Origin: Deltaproteobacteria bacterium
GTDB lineage: Bacteria > Desulfobacterota > JAJRXV01
Assembly (NCBI GenBank): GCA_024275075.1
Contig: JAJRZU010000157.1
Location: 1-23,566 of the forward strand
Length of the DNA stretch: 23,566 nucleotides
Reading direction: 5' to 3'
Each line of letters opens with the position of its first letter. Positions within the stretch are counted from its first letter, which is position 1. Under the pieces are notes generated by a model. It was not told the DNA's origin. It was given only the letters and a program-made list of their open reading frames with translations, and ran no database searches. Positions 8,838-16,714 of this stretch are shown here, in pieces. The translations under genes were made by a program, and so were the position numbers.

Positions 8838-9953
8838 TTATAGCAAACTCATAAGGCGGTCGCACTCTGATATCGTATTATAAAAATGTGGTGAGAGTCG
8901 GATCGCGTTGTCCCGGTGCGCGACATTGCAATTATTACCGATAAGCTTTGCGTACAATCTCTTAGTCTCACGATCCTTCGGTACGAAACTGACGATGCCG
9001 GATTTCTCGCCGTCGTCCCGCCTTGGTGAGATTATGGAACACCCAATCCTTCTGAGATTATCGGCGAGATAATCTGTCAGCTCCAAAACAGCGCTCCGTA
9101 CTTTGCTCTGTGTCACTTCTTTCTGTAGCCTAAGTGACCCTCTAACCGCGTGGATACCGAGCATATTCATGCTACCCTCCTCAAAACGCGAGGCGTCGGG
9201 CTTCAGCGTCATACCATAATCCAGGTAATCATCGGAGTTTACTACGCTGGTGTAACCGAGATTTGTCACGTTAAGGATGTCCAAGTTATCGGATTTACAG
9301 TAGAAGAAGCCGACACCCTCGGGGCCTAACAGCCATTTATGCGAGTCCGCCGCCAGAAAGTCGATGTTATCCCTTTTTACATCGATATCAAAAACGCCCA
9401 TGCTTTGGATAGCATCGACAAAGAAGAGAGCGCCTCGTTTTTGCAGCTCACGCCCGAGCTCCTCGAGGTTGACCCTGAAACCGTTTGTAAACTGAACGTG
9501 GCTTATGCTGACGAGCCTTGTTCGTGAATCGATGAGGCCTAAGATATCCTTGATGAGGACGCGACCGGCTGACCACTTGACAAACCTTACATCGACGCCC
9601 TTACGCTTCAGGTTCAGCCATGGGTAAACGTTCGCCGGGAACTCTTTTTCAGGGATGATGACATTGTCGCCATCCTTGAAATCGATGCCGTTCGCGGCTA
9701 ACAAGATACCTGAAGTAGTATTATTTACAATAGCGATTTCATTAGCGTTTGCGCCTATCATGTCAGCCGCCATGCCGCGCGTTTCTTCTACATTAGATAG
9801 CCATTTTCTGTAATGAATACTACCGGTATGAAGGTATTCTTCGAGGAATTTGTTAAGATATTCCAGGGTGAATGTATTCATCGGGGAGACAGCCGCGTGA
9901 TTAAAATATATATAATTATCAGCTACTAAGAAGTGTTTCCTATATTCATTCAT
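8838..9953 (-). CDS. aminotransferase class V-fold PLP-dependent enzyme (cysteine desulfurase / isopenicillin-N-epimerase-like)
   Basis: 371 aa. It has the YFNHAAVSP N-terminus and a PLP lysine motif in SHKWLLGPEGVG. It sits 10 nt downstream of the GT4 gene on the same strand. Confidence 0.7.
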   Translation of the reverse strand: MNEYRKHFLVADNYIYFNHAAVSPMNTFTLEYLNKFLEEYLHTGSIHYRKWLSNVEETRGMAADMIGANANEIAIVNNTTSGILLAANGIDFKDGDNVIIPEKEFPANVYPWLNLKRKGVDVRFVKWSAGRVLIKDILGLIDSRTRLVSISHVQFTNGFRVNLEELGRELQKRGALFFVDAIQSMGVFDIDVKRDNIDFLAADSHKWLLGPEGVGFFYCKSDNLDILNVTNLGYTSVVNSDDYLDYGMTLKPDASRFEEGSMNMLGIHAVRGSLRLQKEVTQSKVRSAVLELTDYLADNLRRIGCSIISPRRDDGEKSGIVSFVPKDRETKRLYAKLIGNNCNVAHRDNAIRLSPHFYNTISECDRLMSLL

Positions 9954-9963
9954 AACGTTTGCA

Positions 9964-10242
9964 TCACCCTTTCGCGGTCACTTTCTTCATAAAATCGGTG
10001 AACTCCACTTTGAACCTATCCGCTGAAAACCGCCTGGCATTCTCGATAATATCCTCGCACGCGAACCCGCCCTGCCCTGCTTCGAATCTCTTGACCGCGT
10101 CAACAAGGCTCTCGATCGTCTGGGAGTCAAAGAATATGCCCGTCTTACCGCTTATGACCGTCTCGGTGGCGCCACCCTTCCCGAACGCGATGACGGGTGT
10201 TCCACACGCCTGCGCCTCAACGGGTACGATACCGAAATCCTC
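9964..10242 (-). other. C-terminal 92 codons of the same GT4 gene, in the same frame directly after the internal TAA
   Basis: The - strand translation [41 protein letters not shown]... is the conserved GT4 catalytic C-terminus (EX7E motif). It is in frame with 10243..11076 and ends at TGA 9964-9966, 10 nt before the aminotransferase start. Confidence 0.65.
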
Positions 10243-11076
10243 TTACGCGGCGAATATGAACGCTTTCGCCCGCAGCATATAGTCACTCAAGGCATCGGCG
10301 CTCTGGTATCCCATGAGCTTGACATTCTTGCCCGCCTTCGCTTTCACCTTCTTTATGTCAGGCCCGTCACCAATGACGACGAGCTCCTTGTCTGGCATCG
10401 TCGAAAAAGCTTCCACTATCAAGTCCATCTTCTTATACGGTACCATCCGTGACGCAGCGAGGTAGAAACCAGCTTTCTCCGTATCAAGGACAGTAGCTGA
10501 ATCCATAATATTAACAGGTGGATATATAACGGTCGCGTCTTTGTTGTAGATCTTCTTGATCCTGCCTGCGGTATATTTTGAGTTCGCGATATAGTGATCG
10601 ACCCTGTTTGCGGTAGTAGCGTCCCAAATCCGCACATAATGCAGGATCGCCTTCGCCATCATCGCTTTTATGCCTCTGGTCAACCCCGCCTCCCTGAGAT
10701 ACTGGTGATACAAATCCCACGCGTAGCGCATCGGTGTGTGGCAGTAGCAGACGTGCGTCTGGTTGGAGCTGACAAGCGCGCCCTTCGCGACCGCGTGAGA
10801 TGACGAGATGACCAGATCGTACCCGGACAGGTCGAACTGTTCGATAGCAAACGGCATCAGCGGCAGGTATGACCGGTACTTGCGCTTCGCAAAGGGCATC
10901 TTCTGCAAAAACGAGGTGTTAGTCGCCTTATCAAGGATAAATCCACGCCCACCCTCTGGCAGGAAATCGACAAGGCAGAATATATCCGCCTCGGGATAGA
11001 GAGAAACTATCTGCTCCAATACCCGCTCGGAACCGGCGTATGTCACGAGCCAGTCATGTACAATTGCAGTCTTCAT
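10243..11076 (-). CDS. GT4-family glycosyltransferase, N-terminal 277 aa up to an in-frame TAA at 10243-10245
   Basis: MKTAIVHDWL...GSERV is a typical GT4/GT-B N-terminal domain. The ORF stops inside the conserved EX7E region (..[26 protein letters not shown]..). Confidence 0.75.
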   Translation of the reverse strand: MKTAIVHDWLVTYAGSERVLEQIVSLYPEADIFCLVDFLPEGGRGFILDKATNTSFLQKMPFAKRKYRSYLPLMPFAIEQFDLSGYDLVISSSHAVAKGALVSSNQTHVCYCHTPMRYAWDLYHQYLREAGLTRGIKAMMAKAILHYVRIWDATTANRVDHYIANSKYTAGRIKKIYNKDATVIYPPVNIMDSATVLDTEKAGFYLAASRMVPYKKMDLIVEAFSTMPDKELVVIGDGPDIKKVKAKAGKNVKLMGYQSADALSDYMLRAKAFIFAA

Positions 11077-11091
11077 AGCTGTAAGTATACT

Positions 11092-11110
11092 ACACTACTT
11101 ATTATTTTCC
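11092..11110 (-). promoter_or_regulatory. candidate sigma-70 promoter for the GT4/aminotransferase operon (-35 TTGACG 11110-11115, 17-nt spacer, -10 TAGTAT 11087-11092); implies a near-leaderless mRNA
   Basis: The - strand reads TTGACG-N17-TAGTAT-acttacagct-ATG. There is no SD sequence before the ATG at 11076. Confidence 0.3.
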
Positions 11111-11159
11111 GTCAAGCAATATGTACCATCAAGATGGATTATAGGGTTAGCGCCGCTGA

Positions 11160-11183
11160 TTTTGTGTTAATATTGACACAAAA
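11160..11183. promoter_or_regulatory. perfect inverted repeat TTTTGTGT-N8-ACACAAAA, a candidate operator upstream of the GT4 operon
   Basis: 8-bp perfect arms separated by TAATATTG. It lies 45 bp upstream of the candidate -35 of the - strand GT4 gene. Confidence 0.35.
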
Positions 11184-11205
11184 CACTCAAGCGGGCGCGT
11201 AGGGT

Positions 11206-11247
11206 AATACAAAAACAGATGGGCAAGCTCATACGCTTGCCCATCTG
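11206..11247 (-). terminator. intrinsic terminator downstream of lpxC
   Basis: The - strand reads CAGATGGGCAAGC-gtatga-GCTTGCCCATCTG, with 13-bp perfect arms, followed by TTTTTGTATT. Confidence 0.7.
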
Positions 11248-11364
11248 AATGAAAAGACATCTAAACAGGGCTTTTCGCCCACAATGGTTACAACAAAGGA
11301 GATCAAAAATTTACTATGTATGTTTTACTATGTATGTTTCAATGTACTATTTTTACTAAAAATT

Positions 11365-12282
11365 TTACTGTGTGCTTAAAGCCAGCTCACCGTGAGCATG
11401 TGAATAGCGCTTGACCTTCTCTTTACTCTTGATCCTGACGATCTCATACTTGTCTTTTTGCGCCAGTACCTTCTTAGCCAATGTATGATTGAGCGTATGA
11501 CCGGATTTATCCGCGAGGAAGTGCCCGACAATCGGTTTCCCGATGAGCGACAAGTCACCGATCGCGTCTAATATCTTGTGCCGGACAAACTCATCCTTGT
11601 ACCTAAGCCCGTCTTCGTTCAAGACCCTGTACTTGTCCAGAACGACTACATTATCCAATGTACCGCCCTTCGCGAGACCCTGCTTCTTCAGGATATTCAC
11701 CTCGTCTAAGAACCCGAAAGTCCGCGCGTTCGCGATCTCTTTCTCAAAGTTCCTGACAGAGAATTTTAAAAGGTACGACTGGGCTGATATTACAGGGTTG
11801 TTGAACTCTATGTTGAAATGTATCTTAAAATCATTTGAAGGTAAGAGATAGGCTTTCTTGTCGCCGTCTCTCACTTTGATCGGCTTCTTGATGCGGATGT
11901 ACTCACGCTCACGCTCCTGCGTCATCGCACCAGCCATCTTGATAAGGTGCACGAAAGGAGCCGCGCTGCCATCCATGATCGGTACTTCATCGGAGCTGAC
12001 TTCCACTATCGCGTTATCTATCTTAAGACCGGAAAATGCCGCTAACAGATGCTCCACTGTCGATATCCTGTGACCGTCTTTTGCGATAGTCGTCGCGTGG
12101 TTCGTCATAACGACATTATCGGCAATAGCCTTTATCTCCGGTCGCGACGGGATATCGCTGCGTATGAATATTATACCGTCATCCGCGCCGGCAGGCCTTA
12201 TCACCAGATCGATCTTCTTACCGGTGTGGAGCCCGATACCCGAACACTTTATCTGTCTTGCTACAGTTCTTTGTAAAGGCAT
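11365..12282 (-). CDS. lpxC: UDP-3-O-acyl-N-acetylglucosamine deacetylase
   Basis: 305 aa. MPLQRTVARQIKCSGIGLHTGKKIDLVIRPA matches the LpxC N-terminus, and the conserved HKILDAIGDL and GHTLNH motifs are present. An RBS (aagggga) precedes the ATG. Confidence 0.9.
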   Translation of the reverse strand: MPLQRTVARQIKCSGIGLHTGKKIDLVIRPAGADDGIIFIRSDIPSRPEIKAIADNVVMTNHATTIAKDGHRISTVEHLLAAFSGLKIDNAIVEVSSDEVPIMDGSAAPFVHLIKMAGAMTQEREREYIRIKKPIKVRDGDKKAYLLPSNDFKIHFNIEFNNPVISAQSYLLKFSVRNFEKEIANARTFGFLDEVNILKKQGLAKGGTLDNVVVLDKYRVLNEDGLRYKDEFVRHKILDAIGDLSLIGKPIVGHFLADKSGHTLNHTLAKKVLAQKDKYEIVRIKSKEKVKRYSHAHGELALSTQ

Positions 12283-12321
12283 AACATTTTCCCCTTATAC
12301 ATAAGTGCTGTACAGTGATTG

Positions 12322-12337
12322 AGCAATTAATGTGCCA
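12322..12337 (-). promoter_or_regulatory. candidate sigma-54 (-24/-12) promoter upstream of lpxC: TGGCAC-ATTAA-TTGCT
   Basis: The - strand sequence TGGCACATTAATTGCT has GG-N10-GC spacing with a perfect -24 TGGCAC and a -12 TTGC. The predicted TSS is about 30 nt upstream of the lpxC ATG. It overlaps a TTGACA-N17-TATTGG sigma-70-like arrangement. Confidence 0.4.
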
Positions 12338-12458
12338 ATAATGCGGCTGTCAGGAGATGTCAAGTAAATACAGTGTATTACAAGATATTATTGTAAGAGG
12401 GGTCTTTTTTCGCATATCGCGATCGGCCATATCGTTGCAATAATACAACACTTTCAGA

Positions 12459-12731
12459 TTAAATATTAGCATTTATGCAACAGAAAGCGGGTAGTAGGCT
12501 GGGCAGGTTTTTTTGCCCATCAACATCAACAAAGGTGACATAGCCCTCGGGCGGTTCGTCGGTGTTATCAGTGTCTCCTTCACCTTCTTCGCCGCCACCT
12601 GTATCTGCTTCGTACATGCTCTCATGGTCGCCGAACCCGTCACCGTCCACGTCCGCGTAATATGTTACGGCTGCATCTTCTTCAGCAGTATCGGCAGTAG
12701 TCTCGCCGCTCGTGCTCTCAAGACAGCTCAT
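12459..12731 (-). CDS. possible small acidic protein with a DxDxDG calcium-binding-like motif (YYADVDGDGFGD); uncertain
   Basis: 90-codon ORF with coding-like GNN periodicity and pI about 3. The RBS is poor and the 3' end overlaps an inverted repeat. It lies in an otherwise non-coding 560 bp between lpxC and tRNA-Arg. Confidence 0.25.
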   Translation of the reverse strand: MSCLESTSGETTADTAEEDAAVTYYADVDGDGFGDHESMYEADTGGGEEGEGDTDNTDEPPEGYVTFVDVDGQKNLPSLLPAFCCINANI

Positions 12732-12847
12732 AGTAAAGGAAATAGTGATTGTCCTTTCTTTTTTCGACCGAGCCGCGACCGATTTTGTAATATTAATGAA
12801 TATCGATGGTTACGGGCGGATCCCTATTAGATTGAACTCTGCGTTCA

Positions 12848-12924
<77 letters not shown>

Positions 12925-12984
12925 ACAATAATATAAACAATACATTCGGCAGGTTATGCATCATGTCTGATATTTTACTTTAGA

Positions 12985-13013
12985 TGTATATCATTTTAAT
13001 TATAATATGTCAA
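12985..13013 (-). promoter_or_regulatory. candidate sigma-70 promoter for tRNA-Arg (-35 TTGACA 13008-13013, 17-nt spacer, -10 TATACA 12985-12990)
   Basis: The - strand reads TTGACA-N17-TATACA, with a leader of about 55 nt before the mature tRNA 5' end. Confidence 0.4.
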
Positions 13014-13017
13014 ACAG

Positions 13018-13092
13018 TTTATTCCATCGCGATGGTTTCTAGTTTATTCCATCGCGATGGTTTCTAGTTTATTCCATCGCGATGGTTTCTAA
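13018..13092. repeat. three tandem 25-bp repeats (TTTATTCCATCGCGATGGTTTCTAG), each containing the perfect 12-bp palindrome CCATCGCGATGG
   Basis: Three head-to-tail copies; the third ends in A instead of G. The array abuts the -35 of the tRNA-Arg promoter candidate and lies 3' of the - strand operon that ends at 13109. Confidence 0.9.
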
Positions 13093-13108
13093 GTTCTCAT
13101 TACCTGAT

Positions 13109-13432
13109 CTATTGTGTGTCGCCACTCTCACTCTTTAGCCTAATACCGGTGCTTTGCCCCGCCGAGATTGCATTATCATCAGCCGTATTATGGTATGGGT
13201 TCTCCGATGCAGTTATTCGCGTCAACGCCGCCTCGATATTCGAGATGGATTTGTTCATCCTGATAAGCTGGCGATATGATTCATTCAGGATCGACTTCAT
13301 CTTGAATACAGCTAATGGCAGAACTATCCACATGACTATAAGCAGGAAAAACAAGAAGATAAGGAAAAAGCTAAGGAGGCTGAAAGAGCCCTGCGTAAAT
13401 ATCTTTATAAAGTCTATTTCATTCGCCATCAT
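13109..13432 (-). CDS. small single-pass membrane protein with a C-terminal coiled-coil or disordered tail (hypothetical)
   Basis: 107 aa. It has a hydrophobic segment LLSFFLIFLFFLLIVMWIVLPLAVF. It overlaps the upstream gene by 4 nt (ATGA), which suggests it is co-translated with the TPR/beta-helix protein. Confidence 0.5.
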   Translation of the reverse strand: MMANEIDFIKIFTQGSFSLLSFFLIFLFFLLIVMWIVLPLAVFKMKSILNESYRQLIRMNKSISNIEAALTRITASENPYHNTADDNAISAGQSTGIRLKSESGDTQ

Positions 13433-14748
13433 CGCTCTATTGCCTTGATATCCTCATTATTGTCATCATAATAATTGTTTATAACATTTACGGTATCAAC
13501 TTTTGATATCCCGATATTATTACTGATAAAGTCATTCGCGTCTATCTCCGCCTTCGATGAGTCGGCGGCGGTAATACCGGTGATAATATTCTCAATAAAT
13601 TTGTTCTGGTAAATCCTTGGCGATGAGTTCTTGACAGAATTGATACCTATCTTGTTCTTTATGAACTCATTCTGGTTAATAAGCGCTTTTGAGTTTCCGG
13701 TCATCGAGATCCCAAGCTTGCACTCTTTAAAGCCATTTTCATATATCTTAGGGAATGATTTATCATAAGTACCAACACCGCAGTTGTTCTGCTCAAAAGT
13801 GTTCTTAGCAATCTCAGGCTTCGAGGAGTCATAGGTCTTAATACCGTAATTGTTCTTTGTAAAATTGTTGTTGATTATATTACTTTTCATGGCACCATCG
13901 CACTCGATCCCTGTCTCGTTTCTATAAAAGATATTATAATCAATAGATACTTTCGATTTGTCAATGAACTTGACAGCGACATCGTTCTTTAAAAATATGT
14001 TGTTCTTAAACAATAATTTCGGGTTACCTTTTATAACGACAGCATTTTTCGCTCTTTCAAATTTAGAGTGCTGTAAGATCGACATTTTACTGCCATCGAA
14101 GATGAGACCGCCCCAAAGCCCGATCCGCTTTGTCGTCAGGTCTTCAAAAGAATTTGAGAAGAGAATCTGGTTCTCTTTCGTCCCTTGCGCGATCAGTGTA
14201 CCACGAACGATAAGTGAGCTGAACCCCTTTGTATCCTCACTCTTCAGATATGGTATTTTTTCGTCACGCCGGCTGGACAATGGCGCGAACATCACTAATG
14301 AACCAGGTTTTATCGTAAGCACAATGTTTTTTGGTATTGTAACATCACCATCGATGAGTATCCAGCCATCCCAGACCTCATATGTCTTCATAGTACCCAC
14401 TGTAGTCGGTTTCGAGAGTACTTTTGCCATATCCCTGATCAGCTTCTTCGCGCTTTTAAGCATCTTCTTGTCAGAGGAAACTTTCAGGAACGTATCAAGG
14501 CTCTTAACGGCAGAAGGGTAGTCTTTGATATGTTTATAAGCTAACCCGAGGTTAAAATAAACATTTATGCTGCTTTCGCTTAATTTCGCCGCTTCTTCAT
14601 AAGCCTTTATCGATTCTTTATAAAGCCCGTCCTTGTAAAAGGCGTTACCATCTTTTATAAGCTCTGAGTAGCTTTTGGCGTACAGCGTACCAGATAAAAA
14701 CAAGGTGAGCAACGAGAAATAAATAAATATTCGTGATACTTTTTTCAT
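13429..14748 (-). CDS. secreted TPR-repeat plus right-handed parallel beta-helix repeat protein
   Basis: 439 aa. A signal peptide (MKKVSRIFIYFSLLTLFLSGTLYA) is followed by TPR-like repeats (AYEEAAKL, YFNLGLAYKHIKDY). About 22-residue repeats rich in N/I/G/K (NNNFTKNNYGIKTYDSS, FEQNNCGVGTYDKS, NEFIKNKIGINSVKNS) are typical of PbH1/NosD-like beta-helices. Confidence 0.6.
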   Translation of the reverse strand: MKKVSRIFIYFSLLTLFLSGTLYAKSYSELIKDGNAFYKDGLYKESIKAYEEAAKLSESSINVYFNLGLAYKHIKDYPSAVKSLDTFLKVSSDKKMLKSAKKLIRDMAKVLSKPTTVGTMKTYEVWDGWILIDGDVTIPKNIVLTIKPGSLVMFAPLSSRRDEKIPYLKSEDTKGFSSLIVRGTLIAQGTKENQILFSNSFEDLTTKRIGLWGGLIFDGSKMSILQHSKFERAKNAVVIKGNPKLLFKNNIFLKNDVAVKFIDKSKVSIDYNIFYRNETGIECDGAMKSNIINNNFTKNNYGIKTYDSSKPEIAKNTFEQNNCGVGTYDKSFPKIYENGFKECKLGISMTGNSKALINQNEFIKNKIGINSVKNSSPRIYQNKFIENIITGITAADSSKAEIDANDFISNNIGISKVDTVNVINNYYDDNNEDIKAIER

Positions 14749-14891
14749 CTTTTACTCCCGATTTTAATGAAATAAGTCAAACAATAACTCATTAAATTTA
14801 CTTATATCTTCATGGCAAACATCATACTTCCATATCATATTACGTAGCCTATTAGTCAGATAACGCATACAAGTCCGCTGAAATTTGCCAT

Positions 14892-14920
14892 ATTCTATTA
14901 CATATAATCAAAACAATCAA
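14892..14920 (-). promoter_or_regulatory. candidate sigma-70 promoter (-35 TTGATT 14915-14920, 17-nt spacer, -10 TAGAAT 14892-14897) for the TPR/beta-helix gene
   Basis: The - strand reads TTGATT-gttttgattatatgtaa-TAGAAT in the 176-bp gap between the SPFH gene and the TPR gene. Confidence 0.3.
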
Positions 14921-14924
14921 TCAT

Positions 14925-16634
14925 TTATTTTTTTCGTACCGGCTTTGGTGCAGCCGCCTTCATCCCCTGCAACAGATTGCTCGCGCCAAGTATCGCGGCG
15001 GCGCCCTGAATACCACCGTCAGCGCCCTGGACATACACGTTTGGTACCTTGACAATCTCGGGTTGCTCAACAGCCGCCTGCAATATCTTTTCTAATATAC
15101 TAAGCTGCATAACACGGGCTTCACCAAGTACTTTAGCCTGCGCTTTTTGCCCTGCGGCGATCTCAAGGAGCCTTAACTTCTCACCTTCGCCCTGCTTTTG
15201 TAACGCCAGTTTCTTCTGTTCGGCTATCTTCACCTCCATCTCCGCCGCGACAAGATTAGGCTGCTGGTCAGCTTCCGCCCGTGACTTCTCGCTTTTTATC
15301 CTTTCGTCCTGAGCGATCTTCTCCTGCTCATAGGCTTTCTTGAGCTGCCCTGCAAGTTGTTCCCTTTGCCGCGCGGTAAGCAGCTCTGGGGGGATGCCCG
15401 GATCACCGAACCGGATCTCCTTGATAGAGACGCCCGCCTTGTCACCCTCGGGTCTTATCTGCTCCTCTACCTTGTCCTCAAGCTCACCACGCTTGTCCTG
15501 AAGGTCAAACACCTTCATCCCCTCTTCGCTGACGACGTTTCGTACGACGCTCCTTATGGCCGGCGTAAGGATCTTGTCCTCTATCTGCTGAAGGCCGCCG
15601 ACAGAAGCGACGACAAACGGCGCGTTCTCCGGCGCCACCTGCACCAACACGCGCAAATCAAGCGGTATCTGCCAACCCTCGACCCGTACGAGTATCGCCG
15701 GATCCGCGGCGTCTTGTGGTACCGGGAACGGCATCTCTCTCTCCTTTTGCGTTATCTCGCCCTTCTGGTTGACAATAAGGTCGATCTGCCTCTTCGTATA
15801 ACCACCGATGTATTCCCACGCCTGCACCAATGTCGATATCTTTGTCAGATGATACGCTCTTTTGTTCAGATAATACATGCCCGGATAAAGCGGCTCATCC
15901 CATACGCCGATACAGCCCTTCGGTACTAACGGTACAGAAAGAGAGCCCTCTTGTGAAACGTGTGTCGGCACACATTTATCGACCTCCTGGACGTTTGATT
16001 TGACAACGCCCACTTCACCGGCGCTGATACTCGTCGCCTCCTCGATCTGCACGTCAAACAGATAGCGGTTCAGCCGGTACATCCCTGGTTTCAGTACGCT
16101 TAGCTGGGCGCCCTTCTGCCCGCCGTTTTTCAGAAAGTACTCCGCGTTGAGCATTTCCTGGAAGTTCTCTTCAGCCCAACCCGCGGCGAGAAACTGCCCC
16201 TTCTTCAGCGGCAGCCCGTCCTTTGCGGTAAGAAGACCATATTTCCCTTCGGGTATGCTGAGAAGTGGATATTCCTCAATCTCATACATCAGATTCAAAA
16301 GAAGCTCAAAATGGAATCCCGGTGCCAGCACCCTCCCCTGAGGGCCGTTTTCGCGGTTAAAGGCGATCACCTGCCCCGCCGGCATGCTCCCCCCGCCATA
16401 TACCCTCTTTAAGTGCCCTACCTTGTTCGAATCGATGATTACGAACGATGTGCTCATGATAGCGGCCAGTGCGAGCACCACGCCCGCTATCCTCGAACCA
16501 TACCTGCCCCACTTGACATAATTAAGCCTGTTGGCGTCGACCGCCACTCCCTGCACAACACTTTGTGTAAAAAACATTTGACCTAGAAAGAATACCGCGA
16601 CTGCGATCAGTAACAAAAGTAATGTTGGTGCCAT
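14925..16634 (-). CDS. SPFH/band-7 domain, flotillin-like membrane protein
   Basis: 569 aa. An N-terminal TM helix is followed by an SPFH-like core (RVLAPGFHFELL). A long C-terminal charged E/A/K/Q-rich coiled coil (ARQREQLAGQLKKAYEQEKIAQDERIKSEKSRAEADQQ) is typical of bacterial flotillins (YqiK/FloT-like). The RBS is gggagg. Confidence 0.5.
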   Translation of the reverse strand: MAPTLLLLLIAVAVFFLGQMFFTQSVVQGVAVDANRLNYVKWGRYGSRIAGVVLALAAIMSTSFVIIDSNKVGHLKRVYGGGSMPAGQVIAFNRENGPQGRVLAPGFHFELLLNLMYEIEEYPLLSIPEGKYGLLTAKDGLPLKKGQFLAAGWAEENFQEMLNAEYFLKNGGQKGAQLSVLKPGMYRLNRYLFDVQIEEATSISAGEVGVVKSNVQEVDKCVPTHVSQEGSLSVPLVPKGCIGVWDEPLYPGMYYLNKRAYHLTKISTLVQAWEYIGGYTKRQIDLIVNQKGEITQKEREMPFPVPQDAADPAILVRVEGWQIPLDLRVLVQVAPENAPFVVASVGGLQQIEDKILTPAIRSVVRNVVSEEGMKVFDLQDKRGELEDKVEEQIRPEGDKAGVSIKEIRFGDPGIPPELLTARQREQLAGQLKKAYEQEKIAQDERIKSEKSRAEADQQPNLVAAEMEVKIAEQKKLALQKQGEGEKLRLLEIAAGQKAQAKVLGEARVMQLSILEKILQAAVEQPEIVKVPNVYVQGADGGIQGAAAILGASNLLQGMKAAAPKPVRKK

Positions 16635-16714
16635 TTTACGCCTCCCATGCTAAACTTCCGCCGTATTACAATATTGATAATATTTTTCCAGGATATAACG
16701 CGCACCGGAAAAGG

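Noticed and set aside
11290-11360. TTTTACT-containing direct repeats just 3' of lpxC
   Set aside because: They are short, AT-rich and imperfect. They are most likely low-complexity 3' UTR sequence ahead of the real terminator at 11206-11247.
12424-12440. Second GG-N10-GC match (TCGGCC-N..-TTGCA) on the + strand
   Set aside because: The -24 element is degenerate and nothing is encoded downstream on the + strand before the convergent tRNA.
12497-12519. Inverted repeat TGGGCA-N8-TGCCCA as an intrinsic terminator
   Set aside because: No U-tract follows the stem in either orientation. It lies inside the speculative acidic ORF.
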